From contig JBBIIG010000003.1 of assembly GCA_037446635.1 (NCBI GenBank), positions 167,819-185,223 on the forward strand: a stretch of 17,405 nt of DNA, written 5' to 3'. The notes under the pieces are model-generated. The model was not told the DNA's origin and did no database searches. It saw only the letters and a program-made list of their open reading frames with translations. Origin of the DNA: a bacterium. GTDB lineage: Bacteria; Zhuqueibacterota; Zhuqueibacteria; Oceanimicrobiales; Oceanimicrobiaceae. The position numbers and the translations under genes were made by a program. Positions 1 to 8,169 of this stretch are shown here, in pieces. Each line of letters opens with the position of its first letter. The first letter of the stretch is position 1.

Positions 1-971
1 AGAATAATCCGCTTGGTCTCTTTGTTCTCGGGTTTTGCCATCTGTTCCCGCAACAACTTAACCGCTATCTCCCCCATGAGCTCGCGGGGTTGCGTCACCG
101 TGGTAAGTGGGGCAACTAAAAACGGGGCAAAGTCGATGTCGTCGAAGGCAACCAAAGAAATGTCTTCGGGCACACGCAATTTCTCCTCGAAAATGGCCTG
201 CAAAACCCCGAGAGTGATGAGATCGCTGGTGGCGAAAATGGCAGTGGGACGTTCGGCCATACTCAGCAAAAATTTCGCCTCGATGTAACCCGATTCCTTT
301 CGAAAGTCTTTGCCGACAATCAAATTTTCTTCAACTGGAAGGTTGTTTTGGAGTAAGGCGTCTTTATATCCGCGGACGCGTTCGTTGTTAGTGTAGGTGT
401 TCGGCAACCCCTGAATCATGGCGATTCGTGAGTGGCCCATTTTTATCAGATGTTCAACCGCTAAATACGCTCCTTTATGATTATCGACGATGACCGAGTT
501 GGCCTTGAGCTCGTCAAAGCAGCGGTCCACCAGCACAAATGGAATCTCACGTTTTTGCACGTATTCAAAGTGGTCGTATTTCTGACCGACAGGCATAATT
601 ATCAGACCATCAATTCCATTGCTGATGAGCAACTTGAGGTGCTCAATCTCCTGATTCAGATTTTCATCCGTATCGCAGACTACCAACCGATAACCGAGCT
701 CGTGAGAATTTCTTTGAATGATGCGGGTTATGTATGCAAAAAAGGGGTTGGAAATATCGGGTATGATCAGACCAATGGTGTTGGTTTTTTTCAATCGCAG
801 TCCACGCGCCAATTGATTCGGACGGTAACCGAGCTCCTTGGCAAGCGTTAAAACGAGTTCTTCGGTCTCTTTTTTAATCCTAAATTTTTTGCTTTGGTTA
901 TTGAGAATTCTCGAAACGGTAGAGATAGAGAGGTTGGCTTTTTCCGCTAAATCTTTAAGAGTTGCGGGCAT
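1..971 (-). CDS. LacI/GalR family transcriptional regulator (3' end runs off the window)
   Basis: Not in the ORF track. Manual translation from ATG at 971 gives MPATLKDLAEKANLSISTVSRILN (LacI helix-turn-helix). The same frame reads ...KLLREQMAKPENKETKRII at the window edge, about 323 codons in total. Confidence 0.93.
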   Translation of the reverse strand, partial: MPATLKDLAEKANLSISTVSRILNNQSKKFRIKKETEELVLTLAKELGYRPNQLARGLRLKKTNTIGLIIPDISNPFFAYITRIIQRNSHELGYRLVVCDTDENLNQEIEHLKLLISNGIDGLIIMPVGQKYDHFEYVQKREIPFVLVDRCFDELKANSVIVDNHKGAYLAVEHLIKMGHSRIAMIQGLPNTYTNNERVRGYKDALLQNNLPVEENLIVGKDFRKESGYIEAKFLLSMAERPTAIFATSDLITLGVLQAIFEEKLRVPEDISLVAFDDIDFAPFLVAPLTTVTQPRELMGEIAVKLLREQMAKPENKETKRII

Positions 972-1002
972 TGGAGGGCCTAATTTAGATTCTAAGCTTA
1001 GC

Positions 1003-1014
1003 ACAAACGATTGC
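1003..1014. promoter_or_regulatory. LacI-type operator O1 overlapping the predicted start site
   Basis: ACAAACGATTGC, a CG-centred near-palindrome typical of LacI-family operators. Confidence 0.7.
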
Positions 1015-1018
1015 ACAA

Positions 1019-1047
1019 ATTATACAAATCTTCATCCAAAATGTCAA
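1019..1047 (-). promoter_or_regulatory. Consensus sigma70 promoter of the LacI gene
   Basis: Minus strand TTGACA (1047-1042), 17 bp spacer, TATAAT (1024-1019). Predicted start site near 1012. Confidence 0.9.
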
Positions 1048-1088
1048 GCCTTTTTTTATTTCCCGCACGAAAAAGAGTGCAATTTTAT

Positions 1089-1100
1089 ACAAACGTTTGC
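1089..1100. promoter_or_regulatory. LacI-type operator O2 (upstream)
   Basis: ACAAACGTTTGC with perfect core palindrome CAAACGTTTG; 11/12 identical to O1. Confidence 0.7.
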
Positions 1101-1139
1101 GCTTTTATTGAAAATAAAAGACCCCGCGGGCCACAAATG

Positions 1140-1164
1140 AAAAAGGCTCGACATGTGCGAGCCT
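1140..1164 (-). terminator. Intrinsic terminator between the RND gene and the LacI promoter
   Basis: Minus strand AGGCTCG-cacatgt-CGAGCCT followed by TTTT. Confidence 0.7.
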
Positions 1165-1356
1165 CATTTTAGTTAGATTCCGTATTTACTTTTTCACAGT
1201 GGGGGACGATGGAGAAGCCATCTCCTCTAAGGGACTAAGTTTTAGTTTAGAGAGAGGCGTCTATTGCCCGGTACACAAAGTCGAAAAGCAAATCACTACT
1301 CTTATATATATTGATGACGCTTTGCTGAAAATCTCTCACCAAAAAAAGATTTTTTT

Positions 1357-4300
1357 TCACGCCTCCCATTCCACGATCTGCTCTTTCTGAGGCGCAGTTT
1401 TGAAAACCGACGGCCGGTGTCTAAGCTCTTTGGAGAGATAGGAGTACATCGCCGGGATCACATACAGCGTCAGCACCCCGGAGAAAATCATTCCTCCCAC
1501 CACGGCGATACCCATCGAAACCCGGCTTTCCGCGCCGGCGCCGAGGCCGAGCGCAATGGGCAGAATACCGAGAATCGTGGAGAGGCTGGTCATCAAAATT
1601 GGGCGGAAACGGGCGACCGCCGCGCTCTGGGCCGCCTCCAGCACCGACATCCCGGCCGCTTTGCGCTGATTGGCAAATTCCACGATCAAAATGCCGTTTT
1701 TCGTAACCAAACCGATGAGCATGATCATCCCAATTTGGCTGAAAATGTTGACCGTCTCACTGAAATACCACAGCGAGAACAACGCGCCAGCCACCGCCAG
1801 CGGCACCGTGAGCATGATGATGAACGGATCGCGGAAGCTCTCGAACTGCGCCGCCAAAATCAGGTAGGTCAGCGTCAGCGCCAAAACGAAGACGAACAGC
1901 AGGCTGGCCGAGCTTTCGGAAAAATCGCGGGCGGCGCCGGCCAGCGCGGTGCTGAAGGTTTCGTCCAGCACTTTGTCGGCGATCTCATCCATGGCCTGAA
2001 TGCCGTCTCCCAAAGTGTAGCCCGGCGCCAAGCCGGCGGAAACGGTGGCGGAGCTGTAGCGGTTGAAGCGAAAAAGCTGCGGCGGATTCGATTGCTCGCT
2101 GGTGGTGATGAGGTTGCTGAGCTGAATCAACTGGCCGTCGCGGTTGCGGACGAAAATGGCAGCGAGATCGAAGGGTTCGTCGCGGTGGGCGCGCTCAAGC
2201 TGGCCGATGATTTGGTACTGTTTTCCATCTTTGATGAAATAGCCGTAGCGCTGGCCGCTGAGCGCCAGCCGCAGGGTTTCGGCAATATCGCTCACCGACA
2301 CGCCCAACGATCGCGCGCGGTTGCGATCGATTTCAATCACCAGCTCGGGCTTGTTGAATTTCAAATTCAAGTCCACGACGCTGAAGGCCGGGTGGCGATT
2401 GGCCTCATCCAAAAACACCGGCAAAACGGCTTTCAGTTTTTCAAAATCCGGCGCTTGAATCACATACTGCACCGGCAAACCGAAGCGCGCCAGGCCGCCG
2501 CCCACGCTGATGGTTTGCTCCTGCGAGACAAATGTTCGCGCCTCATTCAAGTTTTTGACCTTCTCCGCCAGGGCATCGGCGATTTGCTGCTGCGAGCGGG
2601 TTCGTTTTTCGGGAGGGACGAGGGTGATAGTGGTAACTCCGGAGTTAGCGCCGCCAGCAAAACCGGAGGTGTTGGCAATCACCGCCTCCACCTCGGGCAC
2701 TTCCTTTTTCACCAGATCGATCACGCTGTCCATGTATTTTTCCATGTGCTCGAAAGAAGTGCCCTCGGGCGCGGTGGAAGTCATGCGCAGGCGGCTGCGG
2801 TCTTCCAGCGGCGCCAGCTCCTGCGGCAGCACAGAAAAAAAGAGCCAGATCATGCCGGCGGAAACGAAAATGACGGCCAGAGACAGCCAACGCCGGCGCA
2901 GCAAAGATGCCAGCGAGCTTTCGTAACGGCTGATTAATTTTTCAAAAAACGGCTCGGTCTTTTCATAGAAGCGCGTGTGGCGCTCGCGTTTTTTGATGAT
3001 GCGCGTGCTGAGCATCGGCGTTAGCGTAAGCGCGATGAACGAAGAAATCACCACCGAGCCGCCGATGACCACGCCGAATTCTTTGAACAAGCGGCCGGTG
3101 AGCCCCTGCAAAAAGATGATGGGCGTGAACACCGCCACCAGCGCCACGGTGGTGGAAAGGATAGCAAAGAAAACTTCTTTCGCGCCCTGCAAGCCGGCGG
3201 CGATGGGTTCCATGCCATCTTCGATTTTCGCGTAAATGTTTTCCAGCATCACAATGGCGTCATCCACCACCAGGCCGATGGCCAGCACCAGGCCCAGCAG
3301 CGTCAGCACGTTGATGGAAAAGCCGGCTAAATACATAATGAAAAACGCGCCGATCAGCGAAGTGGGAATGGCAAACACCGGGATGAGGGTGGTGCGCCAA
3401 TCGCGCAGAAAAAGGAAAATGATGAGCACCACCAGCGCGAAGGCGGTGAAGATGGTCTCCTTCACTTCCGCAATGGATTGGCGAATGTACTTGGTGGTGT
3501 CGAAGCCGGTGCTGAGTTCGATATCCTCCGGCAAATCCTTTTTGATCTGCTCGATGCGCTGGTAAAATTCGTCGCCGATGGCGATGTGATTGGAGCCGGG
3601 CTGCGGGACGATTGCCACCGCCACGCGCGGGCCGGCGAGGCCTTTGGAGATGGACTTCAAATTTTCCGGAGCCAGTTCCGCCCGGCCGATATCCTGGAAG
3701 CGCACGATGCTGCCGTCGCGCTCACGGATAATAAGATTGTTGAACTCCTCGGTGGTCTCCAGACGGCTCAGGGTGCGCACGGTCAGCTCGACGGTGTTGC
3801 CCTCGATGCTGCCGGTTGGCAGCTCGACGTTCTCGGCGTTGACGGCGTTGCGCACATCCAGCGGCGTGAGTTGATAGGCCGCCAGTTTGAGGGGGTCCAT
3901 CCACAAACGCATGGAGTAGCGCTTTTCGCCGTAGATGCGAACTTCGCTGACGCCCGGGATGGTTTGCAGCCGCTCTTTGAAAGTGCGTTCGGCGACTTCA
4001 CTCAACTGCAGCAGGGTGCGGGTGTTACTGCTGATGTTCATGACGATGATGGGAATGGCGTCGGCGTCGGCTTTGGAAACGCCGGGGGGATCGGCGTCGG
4101 GGGGCAGATCGCGCACCGCGCCGGCGACTTTGTCGCGCACGTCGTTGGCGGCGGTTTCCAGATCCACCCCTAACTCGAACTCGATAGTGATGGTGCTGCG
4201 GCCCTCGCGGCTGGTGGAGGTAATAGAACGAATTCCCGGCACACTGCTGATATCTTCTTCCAGCGGCTCGGTGATCTGCGATTCAATAACCTCGGCGTTG

Positions 4301-4461
4301 GCGCCAGTGTAATTGGTGTTGACGCTGATGATCGCCGGATCGACGTTCGGATATTCGCGCACGCCCAGAAACGTGAAGCCAATAATTCCGAACAAAACCA
4401 CGATGATCGACATCACAATCGTCAAAACCGGGCGGTGAATGCAGGTTGCGGATAAACTCAT
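1357..4461 (-). CDS. RND efflux permease (AcrB/AcrD/AcrF family)
   Basis: 1034 aa; N-terminal IHRPV..VREYP, GLVVDDAIV (TM4), GLVTKNGILIVEF (TM10), RFRPILMT (TM11). Confidence 0.97.
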   Translation of the reverse strand: MSLSATCIHRPVLTIVMSIIVVLFGIIGFTFLGVREYPNVDPAIISVNTNYTGANAEVIESQITEPLEEDISSVPGIRSITSTSREGRSTITIEFELGVDLETAANDVRDKVAGAVRDLPPDADPPGVSKADADAIPIIVMNISSNTRTLLQLSEVAERTFKERLQTIPGVSEVRIYGEKRYSMRLWMDPLKLAAYQLTPLDVRNAVNAENVELPTGSIEGNTVELTVRTLSRLETTEEFNNLIIRERDGSIVRFQDIGRAELAPENLKSISKGLAGPRVAVAIVPQPGSNHIAIGDEFYQRIEQIKKDLPEDIELSTGFDTTKYIRQSIAEVKETIFTAFALVVLIIFLFLRDWRTTLIPVFAIPTSLIGAFFIMYLAGFSINVLTLLGLVLAIGLVVDDAIVMLENIYAKIEDGMEPIAAGLQGAKEVFFAILSTTVALVAVFTPIIFLQGLTGRLFKEFGVVIGGSVVISSFIALTLTPMLSTRIIKKRERHTRFYEKTEPFFEKLISRYESSLASLLRRRWLSLAVIFVSAGMIWLFFSVLPQELAPLEDRSRLRMTSTAPEGTSFEHMEKYMDSVIDLVKKEVPEVEAVIANTSGFAGGANSGVTTITLVPPEKRTRSQQQIADALAEKVKNLNEARTFVSQEQTISVGGGLARFGLPVQYVIQAPDFEKLKAVLPVFLDEANRHPAFSVVDLNLKFNKPELVIEIDRNRARSLGVSVSDIAETLRLALSGQRYGYFIKDGKQYQIIGQLERAHRDEPFDLAAIFVRNRDGQLIQLSNLITTSEQSNPPQLFRFNRYSSATVSAGLAPGYTLGDGIQAMDEIADKVLDETFSTALAGAARDFSESSASLLFVFVLALTLTYLILAAQFESFRDPFIIMLTVPLAVAGALFSLWYFSETVNIFSQIGMIMLIGLVTKNGILIVEFANQRKAAGMSVLEAAQSAAVARFRPILMTSLSTILGILPIALGLGAGAESRVSMGIAVVGGMIFSGVLTLYVIPAMYSYLSKELRHRPSVFKTAPQKEQIVEWEA

Positions 4462-4512
4462 CTGGCTACCTTTTAAAAGTGTTCTGTTATGGCAATCGCT
4501 TTAAATTCGGCG

Positions 4513-4644
4513 TTATTGAAAAATCTGTACCGGATATTTATGAATATTCCAGACTTTCACGATCACCAGTGTTTCACCTTCTTCCACGCGATGAAGATAT
4601 GTTGATAAATCTCGCTTCATCTCTTCGATATTAATTTCCTTCAT
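4513..4644 (-). pseudogene. Truncated Phd/YefM (prevent-host-death) family antitoxin remnant, 43 aa
   Basis: Manual translation MKEINIEEMKRDLSTYLHRVEEGETLVIVKVWNIHKYPVQIFQ*. The first 30 aa fit the Phd N-terminal pattern (M..INI.E.K..LS.YL.RVE.GE.IVI.K); similarity is then lost and no toxin gene follows. Confidence 0.7.
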
Positions 4645-4660
4645 AACACGTCGCCTATCA

Positions 4661-4771
4661 GTAGTAACTTGACTGTTGTAAAATCAAATTTACGAAGGCG
4701 CCTGCATATAGGGAACGCATAGTATGCGTTCCCTACATATCTGACAATTTTTACAATCGTCCTGTAGTAAC
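4661..4771. mobile_element. Putative 95-bp MITE (4669-4763) flanked by 8-bp direct repeats
   Basis: GTAGTAAC at 4661-4668 and 4764-4771. Imperfect terminal inverted repeats TTGACTGTTGTAAAA and AGGACGATTGTAAAA (reverse complement of the right end). Confidence 0.55.
4709..4736 (-). repeat. GTAG-type REP hairpin
   Basis: TAGGGAACGCATA-G-TATGCGTTCCCTA (13-bp perfect arms); reads GTAGGGAACGCATAC... on the minus strand. Confidence 0.75.
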
Positions 4772-4826
4772 ACAATTTTTTATCTATTTGAAAATAGAAA
4801 TCCTGGCCAATTAGTCAAGCTGGCGT

Positions 4827-5780
4827 TCATCCAAAATTTTTGGGCATCTCCAACGGCGGCAGCACCGTCTCAATTTTGACGCGAAACGGCTCCAGCCACG
4901 GCGGCAGAATGAGCTGCTCGCCCAGGCGGTCCAAATCTTCGTCGCGATCAAAACCGGGGCCGTCGGTGGCCAGCTCGAACAGCACGTCGCCCGGTTCGCG
5001 GAAATAAACCGACTTAAACCAGAAACGATCGATTTGCTCGGTGGGTTCGAGGTCCGCGCTTTCGATGATTCGGCGCATGGTCATTTGTTCGTCGGAGTCG
5101 TTCACGCGCCAGGCCACGTGATGCACGGCGCCCGCCCCCCAGCGGCCGCGCGGCTGCTCCGCCATCTCTTTCACCTCGATGAATTTGCCCGAGCCGCCGC
5201 CGTCAACTAAGTAGCGGCACCATCCCTCTTCCATTCCTACCATTGAAAATCCCATCGACCCGGCCAACAAACCTTCCGTGGGCGCGAGCTGGCGCACCCA
5301 AAGCCGCACGCTGTGCATCCCGCGCAATTGATGTTCGGAGGGCACCGGACCTTTTTGACAGGGAACGAACGGCCGCGGGTCGTCGGTTTCCCCCAACGCC
5401 AACCTCAGGCCGTGGGGATCGATGAAAGGCAATGTCGTCTCGCCGAAACGCGTCTCCACATCGCCGTAACGCACACCCAGTTTGTCGAACCGCTCACGCC
5501 AGTATTTGAGGCAGCCAGTGGGAACGGCGAATGGCGTTTCGACGATCAGCCCGGTGCCCGCTTGCCCTGGTCCCATCTTCGGCCAGGGAAAGAAGGTGAG
5601 ATCGGTGCCGGGCGTGCCGGCGCCATCGGCGTAAAATAAATGATAGGTATCGGGCGCGTCCTGATTGACGCTTTTTTTGACCAAGCGCATGCCCATCACG
5701 CCGACGTAAAAATTGAGGTTTTCCTGGGCGTCGCCGGCGATGGCAGTGAGGTGGTGGATGCCGTGAACTGAAGCGCTCAT
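4827..5780 (-). CDS. Ring-cleaving dioxygenase, VOC/glyoxalase superfamily (MhqO/MhqA/PcpA-like)
   Basis: GIHHLTAI, LVKKSVNQD, YHLFYAD, GTDLTFF, VHHVAW, DRFWFKSVYFREP, LFELATDGPGF. Start set at ATG 5780 behind an AAAGGA Shine-Dalgarno. Confidence 0.93.
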   Translation of the reverse strand: MSASVHGIHHLTAIAGDAQENLNFYVGVMGMRLVKKSVNQDAPDTYHLFYADGAGTPGTDLTFFPWPKMGPGQAGTGLIVETPFAVPTGCLKYWRERFDKLGVRYGDVETRFGETTLPFIDPHGLRLALGETDDPRPFVPCQKGPVPSEHQLRGMHSVRLWVRQLAPTEGLLAGSMGFSMVGMEEGWCRYLVDGGGSGKFIEVKEMAEQPRGRWGAGAVHHVAWRVNDSDEQMTMRRIIESADLEPTEQIDRFWFKSVYFREPGDVLFELATDGPGFDRDEDLDRLGEQLILPPWLEPFRVKIETVLPPLEMPKNFG

Positions 5781-5808
5781 CCGATTTCCTTTCAAATTAA
5801 TAAGTATG

Positions 5809-6882
5809 CTACTGATTGCTCTCCGCCAGACGCACCGCCATCCCAGGCCGCAATTGCAAAATTCCGGAAGTTATCAGGGTGTCGCCGGCCTGCACCCCAC
5901 TGGTGATCTCCACCGACTCGTCGGTGCGAATGCCGATCTCCACGGGTTGCGACAGCGCTTTGCCATCTTTATATAAAAACACCCGGTGGCCTTTAAGCTC
6001 CGGAATTAATGCCTGCGCGGGAATCATCAGCGCCTCTCGTTCTTCGAATGCCACTTCGACGTTGACGAAGGCGCCGGCGAGCAGCCCGCCGTCCGGATTC
6101 GGGCTTAACGCGAGAACGTGCAACGTGCGCGTCGCCGCATCAATTTTGTTGTCCGTGGCGTAAATCGTTCCCACAAACTGCCGTGATGTTCCATGAACCC
6201 TGAAGTTGATCTTGCGCCCAGGTTGAATGGCCGCGGCATACTTTTCCGGAATTTTGAAATCGACTTTGACGACGCGGATGTCCTGCAGCGTGGTGATCGG
6301 AGTCGCCGGAGAAAGGTAGCTGCCCTCGCTGACGAACCGCAAGCCCACGATTCCGTCAAAGGGCGCGCGAATTTCGGTTTTTTCGAGCTGCGCGGCGATC
6401 AACTGCAGCTCCGCCTGCGCGATGTTGAGCTCATTCACCGAATTGTCATATTCTTCTTTGCTGATCAGGTTTTCGCTGAAGAGTCGGCTCTGGCGTTTCT
6501 CCTGGCGTTCGGCCATCGCCAGCCGATTCTGCGCCCGCAAAAGCTGCGCCTGCAATTCGGCATCGTTGATTTTGAGCAGCAGCTCGCCTTTTTTTACTTG
6601 CGTGCCTTCTTTGAAAAAAATGCGCTCAATCTTTCCCGTCCCTTCGCTGCGGATTTCCACTTCTTCGTTCGGCAAAATCGTGCCCACCGTGGCAACCCGG
6701 TCGCCTAACTTCTGCGGTTGGATCACTTGCATACTCACCGCCATTCTCGGATCCGACGCGGCTCGCGAGTCAGCGTTAGGTTTGCCCTTTTCATCGAACG
6801 GCCCGATTTTCGGCAGGGCCAGCGCCGCCAGCGTCAGAAACGCGCCGACCGTTATTAATAGGCTTTTGGTTTTTTTGTTCAT
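5809..6882 (-). CDS. RND efflux periplasmic adaptor (membrane fusion protein)
   Basis: 357 aa; N-terminal membrane anchor, EGTQVKKGELL and IRAPFDG lipoyl halves around a coiled-coil hairpin, C-terminal GVQAGDTLIT. Confidence 0.95.
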   Translation of the reverse strand: MNKKTKSLLITVGAFLTLAALALPKIGPFDEKGKPNADSRAASDPRMAVSMQVIQPQKLGDRVATVGTILPNEEVEIRSEGTGKIERIFFKEGTQVKKGELLLKINDAELQAQLLRAQNRLAMAERQEKRQSRLFSENLISKEEYDNSVNELNIAQAELQLIAAQLEKTEIRAPFDGIVGLRFVSEGSYLSPATPITTLQDIRVVKVDFKIPEKYAAAIQPGRKINFRVHGTSRQFVGTIYATDNKIDAATRTLHVLALSPNPDGGLLAGAFVNVEVAFEEREALMIPAQALIPELKGHRVFLYKDGKALSQPVEIGIRTDESVEITSGVQAGDTLITSGILQLRPGMAVRLAESNQ

Positions 6883-6926
6883 TCTATCTCCGCAAGAAAA
6901 GACATGTGCCGTTTAGTTACTCAACG

Positions 6927-6952
6927 AACGTTTTCTTAAAAGATTCTGTTCC
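6927..6952 (-). promoter_or_regulatory. Possible ECF sigma promoter upstream of the adaptor gene
   Basis: Minus strand GGAAC-N17-CGTT, ending 44 bp upstream of the adaptor ATG. Confidence 0.4.
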
Positions 6953-7049
6953 TGCCGCGGACGAGCCGCTACTAAAAAGCACACGCAAAGATGCTGATTC
7001 TTTTGCAAAGATTTTCTTACCCCCCGGCCACCGAAAGGCCGCTCAGCGG

Positions 7050-7634
7050 TTATCTGCATTTCAGTTTAATCGCCAGTTCTGCGACCCGTTTTCCTAACGC
7101 CTCCGCTTTTTTGAGAAACGCTGGCGACACCAACTCCGTTTGCGAAGCAACGTCGAACGGCGGCTCTTCTACCACCGCGGCAGCGCCGAACGCCTGCGTC
7201 CACGCCGAACCTCCGACGACAATCATACCGAAAATCAGCATCGAATGGAGAATGTTCAGTTGCGTCAACTCCTCCCCGGCTGACATCCCGCCGGCGCTAA
7301 CGAAGGCTGCGCCGATTTTGTCCCGCAGCGGCGCACCGACAAACGGCCAGCGGTTGATGAATTCCTGCACCGCCGGCGCGACGTTGGCGTTGTACACCGG
7401 GCTGCCCACGATGATGGCATCGGCCTCGAGTAGGTCATCCATCGTGGCCTCAACAACAGAGGCCAATTTCACCCGCACGCCGGGGATCGTTTCCGCACCG
7501 GCGGCCACAGATTTCGCCATGGCCTGTGTGTGCCCGGCTGCGCTGTAATACACCACCAGAACGTTCACCTCGCCCCGGCTCAAACCCACGACGCCGTGCA
7601 GCGCGATAAAAATCAAGATCAGTATTCGTGTCAT
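7050..7634 (-). CDS. WrbA-like flavodoxin-fold NAD(P)H:quinone oxidoreductase with N-terminal signal peptide
   Basis: VLVVYYSAAGHT phosphate loop, ADAIIVGSPVY, KIGAAF..AGG, GMIVVG. MTRILILIFIALHGVVGLSRG precedes the fold. Start set at ATG 7634 because the longer start overlaps a terminator. Confidence 0.85.
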   Translation of the reverse strand: MTRILILIFIALHGVVGLSRGEVNVLVVYYSAAGHTQAMAKSVAAGAETIPGVRVKLASVVEATMDDLLEADAIIVGSPVYNANVAPAVQEFINRWPFVGAPLRDKIGAAFVSAGGMSAGEELTQLNILHSMLIFGMIVVGGSAWTQAFGAAAVVEEPPFDVASQTELVSPAFLKKAEALGKRVAELAIKLKCR

Positions 7635-7661
7635 AACCTGGCCTGATTTGAATATTTGTGA

Positions 7662-7691
7662 ATAATAAAAACCCCGACGGGAAATCGGGGT
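7662..7691 (-). terminator. Intrinsic terminator
   Basis: Minus strand ACCCCGA-tttcccg-TCGGGGT followed by TTTTATTAT. Confidence 0.7.
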
Positions 7692-7806
7692 CATGTTCTC
7701 AAAAAGTAGAGTTTTTTCGAAATTGCAGAGAGGGGCAACTCCTCCTCAAATTCCGCTCTTTTCCGCGACGCGGATCGGTATCCGAAGAATTTTTTCTAAA
7801 AGGCAG

Positions 7807-8043
7807 CTATTCGGTCTTTTGTTTGCGAAACCGTTTCTCCGCCAGCTCGGAAATGCCGCCGCTAAATATCAACCCGATGACACATCCCACCGGAATACCC
7901 AATCCCAGCCACATTTCGATGTTGCCCGCCCAATTGCCGACGAGCGTTCCCAGGCCTAAGCCCACCCCAATGCCGAGCGCCATGCCAATCCCCAAGTAGA
8001 TTTGATCCCGCCGTTCGCTTGCGTTTGCTTGCTGATCGTTCAT
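7807..8043 (-). CDS. Small hypothetical membrane protein with two Gly-rich hydrophobic helices
   Basis: 78 aa; YLGIGMALGIGVGLGLGTLVG and MWLGLGIPVGCVIGLIF, basic C-terminus, GAGG Shine-Dalgarno. Confidence 0.7.
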   Translation of the reverse strand: MNDQQANASERRDQIYLGIGMALGIGVGLGLGTLVGNWAGNIEMWLGLGIPVGCVIGLIFSGGISELAEKRFRKQKTE

Positions 8044-8101
8044 GCGATTGCCTCGTCAAAAAATTTTAGCCAATCTCTTAAATTGACCAATCATAATCAA
8101 G

Positions 8102-8141
8102 AAAAAAATAAAAAGCCCCGATCGCTTGCCGCGATCGAGGC
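8102..8141 (-). terminator. Strong intrinsic terminator of the receiver-domain gene
   Basis: Minus strand GCCTCGATCGC-ggcaa-GCGATCGGGGC then TTTTTATTTTTTT. Confidence 0.88.
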
Positions 8142-8169
8142 CGGATGAAATGGAGGTTTCGCAGGCGAT

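Noticed and set aside
13..1140. Plus-strand ORFs 13-288, 477-851 and 838-1140
   Set aside because: Antisense to the LacI gene and its promoter, which explain the region.
1186..1221. Minus-strand micro-ORF MASPSSPTVKK preceded by AGAGGAG
   Set aside because: The Shine-Dalgarno-like sequence abuts the ATG with no spacing, and there is no other support.
1417..2937. 506-aa plus-strand ORF
   Set aside because: Lies entirely antisense to the RND permease; a typical shadow ORF of GC-rich codon usage with no recognisable motifs.
7635..7694. Longer N-terminus of the WrbA-like ORF given in the track
   Set aside because: It overlaps a terminator hairpin; ATG 7634 gives a coherent signal peptide.
7692..7806. 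Possible structured RNA between the small membrane gene and its terminator
   Set aside because: Only short, weak hairpins (e.g. GAGGGG-CAA-CTCCTC); not enough to support a call.
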